From an uncultured delta proteobacterium (GTDB lineage Bacteria; Desulfobacterota; Binatia; HRBIN30), in contig CAVSQF010000039.1 of the NCBI GenBank assembly GCA_963729835.1, forward strand, positions 386,801 through 450,800: DNA of 64,000 bases, written 5' to 3'. Positions within the stretch are counted from its first letter, which is position 1; every line of letters starts with the position of its first letter. Under the pieces are notes generated by a model. It was not told the DNA's origin, searched no databases, and saw only the letters and a list, made by a program, of their open reading frames with translations. Positions 1 to 13,104 of this stretch are shown one piece after another. The translations under genes were made by a program, and so were the position numbers.

Positions 1-3000
1 TGGCCAGCACCGTTGCGTTCGGCCAAACCAATACGCCAACGGCCACTCCGGTCACGCCGACGCCCACCCCTACCTGTGCGCCTGGCGCTATCTGTCAAAC
101 GTTCTGCGATACCGTCCCATCCACAACTACGGACTGGACCAGTAGCGTCAGCCTCACCCAGTTCGATCCATCGTTGGGCGCGCTGCAAAACGTCGCGCTG
201 ACGCTTTCGGTGAGCACCGCCCAGACCCTCGGGGTGGAGAATCTGGCCCCTACGGGCGGAACCATCAACGCCACGGAAACCGTAACAATTACCCTGACGA
301 CGCCGAGCACCCCGAATCTGACCAGCTCTTCAGTCCTCAGCATCAGTCCGGTCGAGGGGCCATACGATGGCGTGACCGACTTCGCCGGTACGTCAGGAAC
401 GACTGTGACCGCCAATTCAAGCGGCAACAATACTCGTACCTCCTACACCCCCATTACAGACTTCGAAGGTACGGGGAACGTGACGATGTCCGTTGCCGCA
501 AAGGGAAAGTTCGTTGGCAGCGGCCCCGGGACCCTGGCATTCACTGCAACCGTGTCGTCGTCGGCTAGCGCGTGCGTGACCTACACGTACCTGCTGTTCA
601 CTCCGACCTCAACTCCCACCTCCACGGCCACGGCAACACCGACGTCGACGCCGACCAATACACCAACCCCAACGATTACGCCGACCGTAACCGGCACCCG
701 CACGCCGACCACCACACCGACCAACACCAATACGCCGACGCAGACCGCTACTCAGACGGCGACCCTTACTCCCACGGTCACTCCCACTCAGACGTCGACG
801 CCAACGATCACCAATACCGCGACGGTCACGAACACCCCAACGATCACCAACACCCCGACGGTAACCGTGACGCGGACACCGACCTGGACTCCCACGGTGA
901 CGCCCACTCAGACTTCGACGCCAACGGTCACCAACACCCCAACAATCACCAACACACCGACGGTCACCCCAACTCAGACGGTAACCAACACTCCTACGGT
1001 GACGCCCACTCAGACCTCGACGGCGACAATTACCGACACGCCCACCATCACTCAGACACCTACCATCACACCGACACCGACTATCACCCTAACGCCGACT
1101 GCGACACCCACTCAGACTCCGACACGCACGCCGACCAATACTCCGACGACCACTCCGACGCGCACGCCGACCAATACACGTACGCCGACCAATACCCCAA
1201 CTTCTACGCCGACGCAGACACCTACGAGCACACCGACTTCGACGCCGACGATTACGAATACCCCCACAAGTACCAATACGCCGACCGTCACACCGACGCA
1301 GACCCCCACCTCCACCCCCACGGAAACACCTACCATTACCGAGACGCCCACCATCACTCAGACGCCCACGATCACTCAGACGCCCACGATCACGGGGACT
1401 CCGACGATCACCGGCACTTTCACACCAACCAGCACGCCTACCGCCACTCCAACGATTACCTCAACCAACACGCCCACATTTACTGCGACTCCCACCGCGA
1501 CGCCGACCGATAGCCTGACGTTCTGCGGCAATGCCCCGAGCGAAATCACGTCGTGGAACATCACGCTGCCGGTCACCATGTTCGACCCCTCGGTCGGCAT
1601 TCTCACCAACGTCACCGTGTACGTGTTCGCGCAGGTCCAACAGACAGTGGGAGTGGAGAACGTAAGTCCGAGCTCACCAGCAACGGCAACTGCGGTCGGC
1701 ACAGGAGAGGTGATCGTCACCTTGCCAAACTCGGACACCATAACGGCCTCAGTGGACCTCAACGCTCAGCAAACGCTTTCCCCGTTCGATGGAGTGCTGG
1801 ACTATGCCGGGACTTCCGGGTTTACCCAGAGCGGCACCGGCACTAACCTGCAGACGTATCCATCGTATTCGCCACTGTCGGATTTCGTAGGGCCAGGGAC
1901 CCTGATGATTCCGGCATCCGCCGATGGATACGTAACCGCCACCGGCGGCGGCGACTTGATCGCTCAGGTGACCACCACCGCTGGCGCGGCGGTGTGCGTC
2001 CATTACGACTACGTGATCCCCACAGCAACGCCGACCTCAACCCCGACTCTCTCGCCAACGATCACCCCAACCAGCGCCACGATCTTGACGCCAACTGACA
2101 CGCCCAGCCAGACACCAACAGCCACCTCAGCCGATACCCCGACCACCACGCCGACCAGCACGCCCACCACCACCTTGACCAATACCCCGACCGACACCCC
2201 GACCGGCACGCCCACCAACACCCTGACCCCAACCAACACGCCGACCAGTACGCCCACGATTACTCCGACCGCCACGGCAACCAGCACACCGACGGCAACT
2301 GCGACGAACACGCCGACGTCGACCCCAACTAGCACGCCGACAAACACAGACACGCCGACGCCCACACCAACCAGCACGCCAACATCGACACCGACAGGTA
2401 CACCGACCAGCACGCCAACGCCGACCCCGACGTTCACACCAACACCGACTCCGCAGCCAGCCGACCTCGCGGTGGTGGTGACGGGGCCCAGCTCCGTGCA
2501 GCTCGGCAACAGTGTTACTTATACGGTGACGATAACGAACAACGGCCCCTCGAACGGAACGGGGGTGACGGTCAGTGACTTTCTCCCGTCCAACGCCACG
2601 TTCGTGTCGGCTACGCCGAGCCAGGGCACTTGTGCCCCACCGTCGTCCGGAACGCTCAGCTGTACGCTCGGCAACTTGGCAAGCGGGGCGACCGCCACGA
2701 TCACCATTACAGTGACTCCCACCGCCAGCGGAACCATCAGCGACGCCGCCAGCGTCATCGGCAACCAGACCGATTCGAACCTCAGTAACAACAACAGCTC
2801 GGCCCAGACCAATGTCATTGCACGCACGCCGACATGGACACCCACAATCACGCTAACACCGACGCGCACTGCGACGCTCACTCCAACCTCTACGGGGACG
2901 ACGACGAACACGCCGACCAGCACACTGACGGCCAGCGCCACCATCACCCCCGTGGCGACGCCCACCCCAACCACGACCGGCACACCGACCACCACTCCGA

Positions 3001-4505
3001 CACCAACCAACACTCCGACACCGACCACCACCCCGACTCCAATCCCGCCTGACCTGGAGATCAGCAAGCGCCACTCAGGTTCCTTCCGTGTCGGACAAAA
3101 TGGCCTCTACACCCTCATGGTCACCAACGTGGGCGCGGGCAGCACCGTGGGACCCATCACCGTTACCGACCCGCTGCCGACCGGCTTCGTCTCCGGCACC
3201 GGGACGGGCTGGAGTTGCGGCGCCAGCGGAGCAACGGTGACCTGCACCAGCAATGCGGTCCTGACGCCGGGGGACAGCAGCAGTATCAGCTTGACCGTGA
3301 GCGTGGCCGGCAGCGCCGACGCGGTCACCACCAATACGGCGACAGTGACCACCGCCAGTGACACCAACGCCGCCAACAACATTGATAGTGACTCGACCAA
3401 CGTCATGAACGTGTGGACCCCCACCCCGACGGGAGCCGGCATCCTGTCACCAACACCCACCCGGACACCGACCTCCGGCGTCGGCCCGGGCGCATCGCCA
3501 ACCTTCACACCGACCGCGACGGCAGCAGGCGTGCAAACGCCCACGCCGACTTGGACGCCGACGACCGGCGTCGGCCCGGGCGCATCGCCAACCTTCACAC
3601 CGACCGCAACAGCAGCAGGCGTGCGGACACCGACGCCGACTTGGACGCCGACGCCCGGCGTCGGCCCGGGTGCATCGCCGACCTTCACGCCGACGCGGAC
3701 GGCAACGCCGGGCAGGACCACGCCGACCCCAACCCCCATCGTTGTCGGCGGCAACATGGGCCTGCGCTTCGTCACCAACGGGCGCGTCAACCGCGGCAGC
3801 ACCTTGTACTACTCGGCTGTCGTGCTGATCTACAACAACCAGAGCGTCATCCCGGACGTCCAAGCCACCCTGACGGTGCCGCAAGAGGTGCAGTACCTGT
3901 GGGCCCAACCTGAACCGGCGCAGCAGCCGGAGGTCGGGGCCAACGGCGGCATCGTGCAGTGGAATTGGGGCACCTTGAGCGGGCCGGCCAACGTGCCGCT
4001 GCAGGTGGCGGTGCGCGTGCGCTCCGACATCGACTTCGGCAACACCTACACCTTCACCGCCACCTTGCAACTGAGCAGCGGTGCCGGCGACTACCAGCAG
4101 TACACGCGCACCAGCTACGTCGGTCGCTACGCACCGCCGGACAACTACCGCGCGGACAACGGGCGGTTGCAGGTGTCGGTGGTAGCGCCCCAGTCGCTGC
4201 GGGCGGGGAAGCCGATCCGGTACACCATCAAAGTGCGGCCACGCGTGGGCGGCGACGCCTTGCAGGTCGAGGCCATTTTGCCGACCGGGGTAACGTTCAC
4301 GTCCACCGATGTGCCGCCCGCATCGGTGGACCCGGCGACGGGAACGCTGGTCTGGACGGTGTCGCACGTCGGCTCCAGCACGCTTCATATCTATGGGGTC
4401 GTCGACCCGGCGGCCGCAGCTGGGTCGACGCTGACGATGTCGGCCGCTGTGTTCGATCCGAGCTCCTTTCCGCTGGTGGTGTTCGCCAACACGACGGTGC
4501 GCTGA
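1..4505 (+). CDS. Giant secreted/surface repeat protein, 5'-truncated at window edge. Two choice-of-anchor-E-like beta domains, three long Thr-Pro-Thr linker tracts, DUF11 (conserved repeat domain) modules and a 3x30-aa tandem repeat
   Basis: The reading frame is open from nt 3 and continuous to the stop at 4505. DUF11-like segments ([31 protein letters not shown]..., [32 protein letters not shown]...) are present, with long TPT low-complexity linkers. No start codon lies inside the window. Confidence 0.8.
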   Translation, partial: ASTVAFGQTNTPTATPVTPTPTPTCAPGAICQTFCDTVPSTTTDWTSSVSLTQFDPSLGALQNVALTLSVSTAQTLGVENLAPTGGTINATETVTITLTTPSTPNLTSSSVLSISPVEGPYDGVTDFAGTSGTTVTANSSGNNTRTSYTPITDFEGTGNVTMSVAAKGKFVGSGPGTLAFTATVSSSASACVTYTYLLFTPTSTPTSTATATPTSTPTNTPTPTITPTVTGTRTPTTTPTNTNTPTQTATQTATLTPTVTPTQTSTPTITNTATVTNTPTITNTPTVTVTRTPTWTPTVTPTQTSTPTVTNTPTITNTPTVTPTQTVTNTPTVTPTQTSTATITDTPTITQTPTITPTPTITLTPTATPTQTPTRTPTNTPTTTPTRTPTNTRTPTNTPTSTPTQTPTSTPTSTPTITNTPTSTNTPTVTPTQTPTSTPTETPTITETPTITQTPTITQTPTITGTPTITGTFTPTSTPTATPTITSTNTPTFTATPTATPTDSLTFCGNAPSEITSWNITLPVTMFDPSVGILTNVTVYVFAQVQQTVGVENVSPSSPATATAVGTGEVIVTLPNSDTITASVDLNAQQTLSPFDGVLDYAGTSGFTQSGTGTNLQTYPSYSPLSDFVGPGTLMIPASADGYVTATGGGDLIAQVTTTAGAAVCVHYDYVIPTATPTSTPTLSPTITPTSATILTPTDTPSQTPTATSADTPTTTPTSTPTTTLTNTPTDTPTGTPTNTLTPTNTPTSTPTITPTATATSTPTATATNTPTSTPTSTPTNTDTPTPTPTSTPTSTPTGTPTSTPTPTPTFTPTPTPQPADLAVVVTGPSSVQLGNSVTYTVTITNNGPSNGTGVTVSDFLPSNATFVSATPSQGTCAPPSSGTLSCTLGNLASGATATITITVTPTASGTISDAASVIGNQTDSNLSNNNSSAQTNVIARTPTWTPTITLTPTRTATLTPTSTGTTTNTPTSTLTASATITPVATPTPTTTGTPTTTPTPTNTPTPTTTPTPIPPDLEISKRHSGSFRVGQNGLYTLMVTNVGAGSTVGPITVTDPLPTGFVSGTGTGWSCGASGATVTCTSNAVLTPGDSSSISLTVSVAGSADAVTTNTATVTTASDTNAANNIDSDSTNVMNVWTPTPTGAGILSPTPTRTPTSGVGPGASPTFTPTATAAGVQTPTPTWTPTTGVGPGASPTFTPTATAAGVRTPTPTWTPTPGVGPGASPTFTPTRTATPGRTTPTPTPIVVGGNMGLRFVTNGRVNRGSTLYYSAVVLIYNNQSVIPDVQATLTVPQEVQYLWAQPEPAQQPEVGANGGIVQWNWGTLSGPANVPLQVAVRVRSDIDFGNTYTFTATLQLSSGAGDYQQYTRTSYVGRYAPPDNYRADNGRLQVSVVAPQSLRAGKPIRYTIKVRPRVGGDALQVEAILPTGVTFTSTDVPPASVDPATGTLVWTVSHVGSSTLHIYGVVDPAAAAGSTLTMSAAVFDPSSFPLVVFANTTVR
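600..1500 (+). repeat. Thr-Pro-Thr (ACN-CCN-ACN) low-complexity coding repeat tract. Similar tracts lie at 2030-2460, 2830-3050, 20700-21560 (minus) and 24655-24830 (minus)
   Basis: The tracts translate to TPTxTPT linkers. The 24655-24830 tract is a pure (ggtgtc/ggcgtc)n hexamer array encoding (TP)n. Confidence 0.9.
3470..3750 (+). repeat. Three near-identical 90-bp tandem repeats encoding [30 protein letters not shown] (inside the giant protein gene)
   Basis: 'tcggcccggg(c/t)gcatcgcc' recurs at 3481, 3571 and 3661 with period 90 nt. Confidence 0.85.
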
Positions 4506-4790
4506 CGCGCCCTGAGCCACTTTCTGACGGCACGTGCAACACGGCGTTCTCCGTGCCGCCGGCTCGCGCTGCGGTCCGCCTGTGGTACGTGGAAGCAGCG
4601 CCGGTCGGGTTGAGCGCATCACGAAGCATGGCGCGCCCTCTTGAGATGTTCTGGTGTGTTGGAGTAAAGCCCGGGGGGCATGGACAAACGCAGAACAGCA
4701 GTCGGGAGAACAACCGCGACCTCGTCCCACGCCGCCCACCGCTGCGTGGTTGGGGTTCGTGGAGCCGGTGGCGCCGATGTACGAGGTAAG

Positions 4791-7700
4791 ATGACAGCGA
4801 GAACACTGCTTGTGATTATCGGTGTGCTCATTGTTGGGGTCGGTGCCTGGGCCGACATGCCCTATCCTGCCAACCCACAACCCTGTACCGCGACGACGAG
4901 CCCGCCCGCTTGCATTGCCGCGACCGAGTACGCGCGCTACCTCTTCCTCCCCGCCACCACGCCGCTGACGGTGCCGAACGACTTCGGCAGCAATAATTGG
5001 AAGCTGACCAGCGCGAAAACGGGCGACCCGCAGATCGACAACAATCCGCAGGAGCTCTTCGGCGTCAAAGGCGCCAGCGTCGACCTCGCGTGGCAGGTCA
5101 CGACCGGCCGTCCCGACGTGCTCATCGCCGTACTCGATTGCGGCATTCAGTGGCAGGACCAATTGCCGGATCTGGTCAACAAGATATATTTGAATCGCGG
5201 CGAGCTTCCGGTGCCGGAGGGCGGCGACGAACACCGTCGATCCCTGGGACCGCAACGGCGACGGCGTGTTCAATATCCTCGACTACCTGGCCGACGGCAT
5301 TCATCCGCAGGACTCGCGCGTCTCCGATCAAAACGGCAACGGCATGATCAACCCGGAGGACCTGATCTTCATCTTCTCGGACGGCGTCGATGACGACCAT
5401 AACGGCTACGTCGACGACATCGCCGGCTGGGATTTCTTCGAAGATGACAACGACCCTCTCGACGAGGTGCGCTACGGACACGGCACCGGTGAAGCCGAGG
5501 ATTCCAACGCCGAAGCCAACAACGGCATAGGCGACGTGGGCACGTGCCCGAGCTGCATGGTGATGCCGGTGCGCGTCGGCGACAGCTTCGTTGCCGAGGT
5601 GAACAATTTCGCGCAAGGCGTGCTCTTCGCCACCGACAACGGCGCCCGCGTCATCCAGGAAGCGCTCGGCACCCTCAACAACTCGAGTCTCACGCAAGCG
5701 GCCATCGACTACGCCTATCGCCGTGGTGTGATCGTCGTGGCCTCGGCGGCGGATGAAGAGTCCAACCATCACAACTATCCAGCCAACTACAACCACACGC
5801 TCGAGGTGAACTCGGTGACGAAGTTCGATACTTTCGACGGACAGCCTCAGACACCGCCGTCGTATCTGTATCTGAACGGCTGTACGAATTCCGGCGGCCA
5901 CATCGCGCTCTCGGTGCCTTCCTCGTCGTGCTCGTCGGAGGCCACCGGCAAGAGCGCCGGCGTCGCCGGCTTGGTGTACGCCGCAGCACTCAACGAGATC
6001 GACCGCGGTCATTTAACGTCGTATCCGAACGATGACGGGACGCGCGCCCCATTTCCGCTTTCGGCGAACGAGGTGAAGCAACTGCTGACGTTGAGCGCCG
6101 ACGACATCAACTTCGACGCGCGCCCTGATGCGGTGCCGCCGCTCCCACAGAATTATGCGATGACCTCGCCGTTCCCCGGTGTGCAGATGAGCGAGCGTTT
6201 TCATTCGATCGCCGGATGGGATCAGTATTTCGGATACGGCCGGCTCAATGCGCACACGGCCGTCGAGCACGTCATGGCGGGACAGATTCCGCCGGAGGCG
6301 GAGATCACGTCGCCGGAGTGGTTTCAGCTGATCAACCCGGACAGCGGGGTGCTCACCATTGCCGGGCGCGTGGCGGCGAAGCGCGCGCACGAGCGCTCCT
6401 GGGCGATCGACGTGGCGCCGGGTATTCAACCGGCCGAGTCAGCCTTCGTGACCGTCGCGCACCAGGACCTCACGCCGGCCAACGGCGCGAGCACCGTGTC
6501 CGCCGACATTTCCCTGAGCGAGCTAGCCGCTCGCATGCCAGACGGCGTTGACGGGCCTGCGGTCGACGCTGACGGTAAACCGGACCCGGACCGTTTCACC
6601 TTCACCGTGCGGCTGCGCGTCGACGACGACCTCGGTGTGCACGGCGAAGACCGCCGAGCGTTGGCGCTGCATCGCGATCCGGACCTCGTCGGCGGAGCAC
6701 CGCTACGCCTCGGCGGCGGCGGCGACGGCGTTGCCTCGCCCGTGCTGGCAGACCTGGATGGCGATGGCGTGGAAGAGATCATCGTGGCCACCTCGGACGG
6801 CCTGGTGCACGCGTACCGCGCCGATTTCAGCGAGCTGCCGGGTTGGCCCGTGCACTCGCATCCGCTCGAGGTACACGATGGCGCGCCGGCGTTTCACAGC
6901 GGTGAGATCCCTCTCACCCCGTATGCCGCGATTCTCGGCACCCCAGCGGTCGGTGACCTCGATCGCAACGGCCAACTAGAGGTCATCGCCGCCGATGCCC
7001 AGGGCTACGTCTACGTGTGGCAGCGCGACGGCACGGTGCGGCCCGGCTTTCCCGTCGCCACTTTGGCCGAGTACTCGAACACCCATCGTTCCGAGCGCGA
7101 CCTCTCAACGGAAGACGGGAGAGTGCCGGATCGGACCAATCGCCACACCAGCGACAATCGTCTGGCGCGCGGTTTCGTTGCTGCGCCGGCCCTCGGCAAT
7201 CTCGATGGCTCCGCCGATGGCTCGCTCGAAATCATCATCGGCGGGCTCGATCGGCACGTCTACGCCTGGCACGCAGACGGGAAACCGGTTCCCGGCTGGC
7301 CCGCACTGTTGAAGGATCCAGCAAAGGTGCAGAGCGTCGATCCCATCACGAATGAGGTCACGCTGACCGCCAATGCGAACGCGGAGATCGGGACCAAAAT
7401 CATCACACCCGTTTCCCTGGGTGACATTGACGGCGACGGGAGCCTCGACGTCGGTTGTCGGTGTCAACGAGCAGTACAACGAGCGGCCCAACGCCCTTCT
7501 CGATGATCCGATCATCGGCGTCTACCGTCTGGCCGGTGTTTTGCACAGCGGCAATGGCCGCGTCTATGCGCTGTTTCACGACGGGGTCGCGCATGGCGCT
7601 TCGCCCGTCGATCACGGCTGGAATCCGGACGCGTTCATGCCCGGCTGGCCGGTGAAGATCGCCATCGTCGACCTCACCCTGTTGCCCACCGTCGGCACCG

Positions 7701-9119
7701 GGGTAGACGGGCCACCGGTGCTCGCGGATCTCGATAAAGACGGGAGGCCGGAGATTGCGGTGTCCTCGTTCTTGGGGCCCGCGTACGTCTTCAACGGCTC
7801 GGGCGGTTCTTTTCTCGGCGACGCAAGTGGCCTCCCTCGCACTTTGGAAATATCCGCGCTGGGAACAAGCTCTAACTCGACGGATAATCCGGCCATTCCA
7901 ACCCTCAGCGGGGGTGTGCTCGCCGAGATGGCCGGTGCGAGCGGCGGCTTCCAGTTCGTCGCACCGACGACAGGTTTCGGCAAGTTCATCGATAACAACT
8001 TGCCTGGGCATCAAACTCCGAGTGACAATGGGCTGAGTATGTGGGACGTCGCCGCTGCGGACGGCACGCCGGCTGCGGGCGCATTCCGCGCCGCTTTCCC
8101 GCGCCTCGTGAACGATCTGGAGTTCCTTACTTCTCCCCGCGGCCGCCGATATCGACGGCGACGGCCTGCCGGAGGCGCTCGTGGGCAGTGGCGTGTCCGA
8201 CTTGCACGCCTTCAACATTTACGGCGATGAGCCGCTAGGCTGGCCGAAACTCACGGGAGGCTGGACGGTGACCACCCCGGCCATTGGCGACATCGACGGT
8301 GACGGCCGGCTGGAGGTCGTGTCCTTGACGCGCGAAGGCTGGCTATTTGCCTTCCGGACGGTGGCCGCCGAATGCAGTGCCACACCGTGGCGGAAGTTCC
8401 ACCACGATGAATGGAATACGGGCAATTACGCCACCGATGCACGCCCTCCCGCACCCATCGTTCCGCAGACGGCCACACTCAACGGCGGCGCGGCGGGCGC
8501 GGTAACGCTGACACTGAGTGCCACGCCTGGGGATGATCTCTATTGCGGCGGACCGCCGCGGATCGATGTCCGGTACGCGGCCCAGCGCATCGACAGCGAG
8601 GCCGCGTTCGAGGCGGCAGCGCGTTTCCGTGTACTGAACGCGCTCGCCGAAGCCGGACGGAAGAGCGCCACTACTCTTCAGCTCCAGGCCGATGAGCCGT
8701 TCGCACCGGGCCCGGCGTACGTTGCGGCACGCACCATCGATGCCGCGGGCAATCAGTCACCCATCACCGCCCTGGGGCAGATCGTCTTGAGCCCCGCAGC
8801 AACCCCATCACCAACTGTGACTCCCAGCCTGACAGCCTCCGTCACCCCTTCCCCGACGGTACCGCCTCCAACGGACACCGTCACGCCGACCGTGACCAGA
8901 ACCGCGACACCGTCCGCCACCGCCACGCATGCACCGGCCTCCAGTGGCAATGGCTGTGGAATCGATCCGACGACGCAACTAAGCGGCGTCTGGTGGCTTG
9001 CGACCGTGCTGCTGCTGTTGCGGTTGCGCGTGCGGCGGTCATTCGTGCTCGCCTACGGCACGGTAAAGCCTCCCCCTACAACCGTGGAACCTATCTTGCT
9101 CGACACGGCGACATCGTAG
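4791..9119 (+). CDS. Secreted S8 (subtilisin-family) peptidase fused to FG-GAP/VCBS-type repeats, with a C-terminal Thr/Pro linker plus GC-motif/TM helix/Arg-cluster tail. The reading frame is broken by three apparent 1-nt frameshifts (near 5229, 7450 and 8125)
   Basis: Signal peptide MTARTLLVIIGVLIVGVGAWA follows an RBS (gaggtaag). S8 motifs are VLDCGIQ (Asp), HGTGEA (His) and GTSxA-like residues downstream. FG-GAP-like repeats include PVLADLDGDGVEEIIVATSDGLVHAY, VGDLDRNGQLEVIAAD and IGDIDGDGRLEVVSL. Four consecutive ORFs in three frames (4680-5393, 5266-7506, 7373-8230, 8181-9119) encode one colinear protein. The C-terminus is ...NGCGIDPTTQLSGVWWLATVLLLLRLRVRRS. Confidence 0.7.
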
Positions 9120-10572
9120 CTTCCTGTGGCAAGTCGGTTCGGCACCGTGAACGTGACGTTGCTTTCCCCGGTCGTCGGGTCCATGGCCCACGCGGTTACC
9201 TTGCATCGAGTCTGCCTCAGCCGCCCGCTCACGAGGTGGCGAAACTGCACCACAGGCTTGTCCGCTCCGAAGTAGTGTCCAGCCAACGCGATCGGATCTC
9301 CGGGGGAACCGGTTCCCGGAGTGATTGAATCGACGGCCGGCGCCATTGCAGTGAAGACGTTCTGTACGGTCACCAATGGCTGTCGGTACGGACGAATCGC
9401 CACGTCGGAAAGTTGCGGCTCCATCCTGGCCCAGACGCGGGCGACAATGAGCGCGTCCGCCCACGATAGGATTTTGAGGGATCTTTGCACCAGCCTCCCG
9501 CGGCTGTTCCAATACTGAAGGGACACCCGCCCCTTCGTGTCACCGAAGCCCGCACCGGTCACGTGGATCTCCGTGCCGTTGCATCCCACCGCAGGTGCCG
9601 CGCCGTACGGGTTCGGTGCCAGAGTGGGACAGTCGGCGGTGCCGCTCCAGCAGTGGTAGTATGCGTTGAGCAGCCCGGGAAATTCCTGCGTGGCCTTCTG
9701 GTTCCCCGCAGCGGTGGCATGGCTGTCGGTGGTGCTGCTGCCGTAGGCGGCCATGTCGTTGGCTACGGTCTGGATGTGTCGCGCAGAGCCTTCCCAGATG
9801 CGGTGGTGGTTGCCGGTTTCCGCGCCGGCGTCGTTGGTGTTCGAATCACCACCATTGCTCGTGAGCACGTTGTAGAAATCGAACACGGCGACGTTGTGGT
9901 GGGGATAGGCGGCCAGCCAGTCGTTGACCAGCCAGTTGTTGAAGGCGCGGGCGTTCGCCGCATGTGCGCCGTCCGTCTCGCGTTGCACCAGGGGCGGGGC
10001 GGTAACCGCGACGAACAGCTTGTCTTGGTGGTCCCGAAGTATCCCAGGATGTCGTTGTAGATGCCTTTTGCGTTGGCGACCGTCATATCGGGCGACGATG
10101 CGTCCTGCCCGCGCAGCGGGTTGGGGTCGCTCGTCGCTGGATCGTCGGGGTTCCCGCCCAGGTAAGAGTTAGGGAAGCAGGACTTGAACATGACGATCTG
10201 GTTCTCGCCGCCTGGATCGCTGCCCAGTCGAGTGTACGAAGAATTTTGGCCACTCTCGGCGTAGAGGGCGGCAAGGTAGGTGGTGCTCGACGGCCCGACA
10301 AACCAGTCGTACCAATTCCCGATGTCGGTCCGGTCGCCGATGCCGTCTGGTCCCCAGCCGTAATTCGTGTCGCTCACGAAGTAGTTGTTGTCCCGCAGCG
10401 CTATTCCGAGCCCGCCGTTGTCATCGACGAGCCAGTTCTCACCCGAGGAGTGGTGGATGAATATCAGCTTGACGGAGGAGGCCGGAGGGCTAGTGTCGAT
10501 GGCGGCAAAGGCGTATCCGCGGCCGGCGAGCATCGCGACCAGCGCAACAACTAACCTGAGTTTCCAGCCCAT
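9053..10572 (-). CDS. Secreted hypothetical hydrolase-like protein with C-terminal IPT/TIG-like beta-sandwich repeats, interrupted by one -1 frameshift near 10023
   Basis: RBS GGAGGG precedes ATG at 10572. Signal peptide is MGWKLRLVVALVAMLAGRGYAFA. The ORFs 9763-11031 and 9053-9988 (minus) join as ...GYFGTTK|DKLFVAVTAPPLVQ... if one nucleotide is restored in 'aagacaag'. Confidence 0.55.
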
Positions 10573-10677
10573 AGTGCCCTCCCCAGACGTGTCGAGTCGT
10601 TGCATGAGGTATGGGAAATTCACCGCCCCTGCCCCGGGATTATTGCCGGCCCGGCGGGGCTTGGCAAACTGAAAAAT

Positions 10678-10757
10678 CGGTCTCTGGTTTCTGGTCTCTG
10701 GTTCCTGGTGTCTCTGAAATGTAACCAGAAACCAGAGACCAGTTAACCAGAAACCGT
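10678..10757. terminator. Tandem-heptamer hairpin (TGGTNTC)x4 paired with (GANACCA)x4 immediately downstream of the GH172 gene
   Basis: ctggtttctggtctctggttcctggtgtctc ... gtaaccagaaaccagagaccagttaaccagaaacc. Confidence 0.6.
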
Positions 10758-10780
10758 AATACAGGCGGACCGCCGGGCGC

Positions 10781-11947
10781 TCAGGGTTCGAGAATCTTCT
10801 CCAAAGGGTGTGGCTGCTCGTGTGGCCGGCGTTCGATATCGGCCAGCGCCGCCGGCACATCCAGACGCGGGACGGGCTGTGGTGTCCGGCAGTACACGTA
10901 TGCCGTGGCGCAGTAGTCATCGCGGCGCTCCGCCAGCCCGTGCGCAAGGATGCCGGGTCGCGGGTTCCGGACCCATCCCTGGCCGGCGACGGGATTCGTC
11001 TGCGTGTAGCGCGCCAATTCCTCTTCATCACCCGCCACGAAAACCGCGAAGCCGATCTGCTGAATGGTCACTCGCAGATCGCACGTGAACATGATCGGGT
11101 CAAGGAGGTGCCAGCGATAGAAGCTTACGAAATCCGGGTTGGGACCGCTGCTGGGTTGCCTCACTTCGAGTGGCGCACCGGCGTACAGGGCGTGATGCGG
11201 TCCGAGCCCCCACGCACTCCCCACGTAGTCCTCTAAGCCCGTGCCACAAATGGTCGGGTACGCGTCGTCGCCGTCGCGGTAGATCTTCACCTCTCCCTCA
11301 CCGTACCACACACCTGGATCGATGACGCGAATCCCGACATTGCAGCCCAGAAAGCGACCGGGTCCGCGGAGACCCTCGGCAATGACGAAGTCACGGCGCT
11401 GGACCGTGGGGTTCTCCCGGCGAAAGGCCACGTGCAAGTAGCCGCGTCCTTCGGTAAACCGCGGCTCGAGCGTGTAGTCGATCTGGTAGTACAGGATGAC
11501 CGGTCGCGGCGCGGCGTTCGTCAGCTCGACTCGGACCGAGTCGCAGAACGGCATGGGAAGATATGCGTTGAAGCCGCGTCCTTCCTGTACCGACGTGAGC
11601 GCCGAGAAGTACGCCGCCGGCCGCCCGTGTGCGAGGCCGAAAAAGTCGACACACGGGACCGATATGCTTGGCGCGCTGGCCCCGTCGTAGAAGACCTCCA
11701 TCCACAGGGCACGCATGACCTCCGGCGCAGCGGGAGGAAACGTCATCCATATGTGGCGCAGGGTGCCGGGACCACGGAGGTCGGCCAGCACCACGGTTTC
11801 GTTGGGCTGCACTGCGCGTGACGGTGCGCCTTTCCGTCCGCCACAGCTCTGGCCGCCGGCGCCGCGCGCACCGGTCGGGTTCTCGAATGTGACAGCGCGT
11901 GAATCGTGAGTTGGATCAATTCGGGACGGGTCGAGGATGCTCCACAC
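10781..11947 (-). CDS. DUF2961 / glycoside hydrolase family 172 protein
   Basis: Protein of 388 aa with the characteristic GTGLEDY and WYGEGE segments of DUF2961. Confidence 0.85.
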   Translation of the reverse strand: MWSILDPSRIDPTHDSRAVTFENPTGARGAGGQSCGGRKGAPSRAVQPNETVVLADLRGPGTLRHIWMTFPPAAPEVMRALWMEVFYDGASAPSISVPCVDFFGLAHGRPAAYFSALTSVQEGRGFNAYLPMPFCDSVRVELTNAAPRPVILYYQIDYTLEPRFTEGRGYLHVAFRRENPTVQRRDFVIAEGLRGPGRFLGCNVGIRVIDPGVWYGEGEVKIYRDGDDAYPTICGTGLEDYVGSAWGLGPHHALYAGAPLEVRQPSSGPNPDFVSFYRWHLLDPIMFTCDLRVTIQQIGFAVFVAGDEEELARYTQTNPVAGQGWVRNPRPGILAHGLAERRDDYCATAYVYCRTPQPVPRLDVPAALADIERRPHEQPHPLEKILEP

Positions 11948-12148
11948 GGCGATCTCCAGTCAACATAGAGTGCGCACGCTTGTGCGCCCAGGCATCTGTA
12001 CAATCGCCAAACATATGCTCCATCCGTTTCTGATCCGTCAATACCCTGGGCGCAGCCCGCTAGATCTTTGGGCGCGCTTGCACTATAGGCGGCACGAACG
12101 GGCAGCGGAGGTCACGGGCCACTGATCACCAATCAAGCAGGGGGAAGC

Positions 12149-12604
12149 ATGTACGAGGCATTTAAGCGGATTTTGGTCACCACGGATTTCTCTGACGCCG
12201 GCGATCACGCCATCAGCCATGCGTTCCGCATGGCGGCGGATCACGGCGCCGAAGTGCTGCTCTGCCACGTCATTGAGCCGGTAGTCACCCCCAACCCGCT
12301 CTACGCCCATTACTATCCGACCGAACTGTTCAGCGCCGAGATTCAGGAACGTGCCGAGGCGGATACACGCCAGGCCCTGCTCGATCGGGTGCCGAAGGAT
12401 GAGGCGTTCGCGCACGTTCCGCACCGGGAGATCGCAGCGTACGGCCTCCCGGCTGAGGAAATCATTCGGCTCGCCGAAGGGGAGCAGGTCGACCTCATCG
12501 TCATTGCGACGCACGGGCGCACCGGCCTCAAGCACTTGTTGATGGGCAGCGTTGCGGATCGAGTCCTCCGCCACGTCCACTGCCCGGTGCTGGTCGTGCG
12601 TTAG
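12149..12604 (+). CDS. uspA: Universal stress protein (UspA family)
   Basis: ILVTTDFSDAGDHAISHAF... HVIEP... ATHGRTGLKHLLMGSVADRVLRHVHCPVLVVR. RBS agcagggggaag is present. Confidence 0.85.
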   Translation: MYEAFKRILVTTDFSDAGDHAISHAFRMAADHGAEVLLCHVIEPVVTPNPLYAHYYPTELFSAEIQERAEADTRQALLDRVPKDEAFAHVPHREIAAYGLPAEEIIRLAEGEQVDLIVIATHGRTGLKHLLMGSVADRVLRHVHCPVLVVR

Positions 12605-12645
12605 GTGGCGTAGTGTTCTAAGTTCGAACATAAGGGAGGACCTAT

Positions 12646-13089
12646 ATGCCGCGCACCTTCAAGACTATTCTGTGCCCGACCGATTTCTCCGAATACTCGT
12701 ACCAAGCCATTGACTACGGGCTGCGCTTCGCTGAGGTTTCCGGAGGAACGTTGCTGCTCGCCCACATCATTCACGTCCCCAGTGGCGAGCTCTACCAGCG
12801 GGAACTACCGACGCTCAACTTCGACGAGGCGAAGAAGCGATCGTTCACCCTTTTACAAGATGTCCGCGACAAGCGGCTAGGGGGCTACGCGAAATGTGAG
12901 TTGTTGGTGGACATCGGCGACCCCTACGAGCAGCTGATGGACATCGTCAAGAAACGCGCCGTCGATTTGATCGTCACAGCAATGCACGGGCGCACCAGCT
13001 TGGAGCACCTCGTCTTGGGGAGCGTCGCCGAGAAGATCATTCGGCACGCCCCGTGTCCGGTGTTTGTCGTGCGCCACGGTGCAGCGTGA
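12646..13089 (+). CDS. uspA: Universal stress protein (UspA family), tandem paralogue
   Basis: ILCPTDFSEYS... AMHGRTSLEHLVLGSVAEKIIRHAPCPVFVVR. RBS aagggagga is present. Confidence 0.85.
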   Translation: MPRTFKTILCPTDFSEYSYQAIDYGLRFAEVSGGTLLLAHIIHVPSGELYQRELPTLNFDEAKKRSFTLLQDVRDKRLGGYAKCELLVDIGDPYEQLMDIVKKRAVDLIVTAMHGRTSLEHLVLGSVAEKIIRHAPCPVFVVRHGAA

Positions 13090-13104
13090 GCTGTCTCGCT
13101 CGTA

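Noticed and set aside
3447-5273. 608-aa minus-strand ORF, Arg/Gly/Cys-rich
   Set aside because: It lies antisense to the well-supported giant adhesin and S8 genes. Its composition is typical of shadow ORFs in high-GC DNA.
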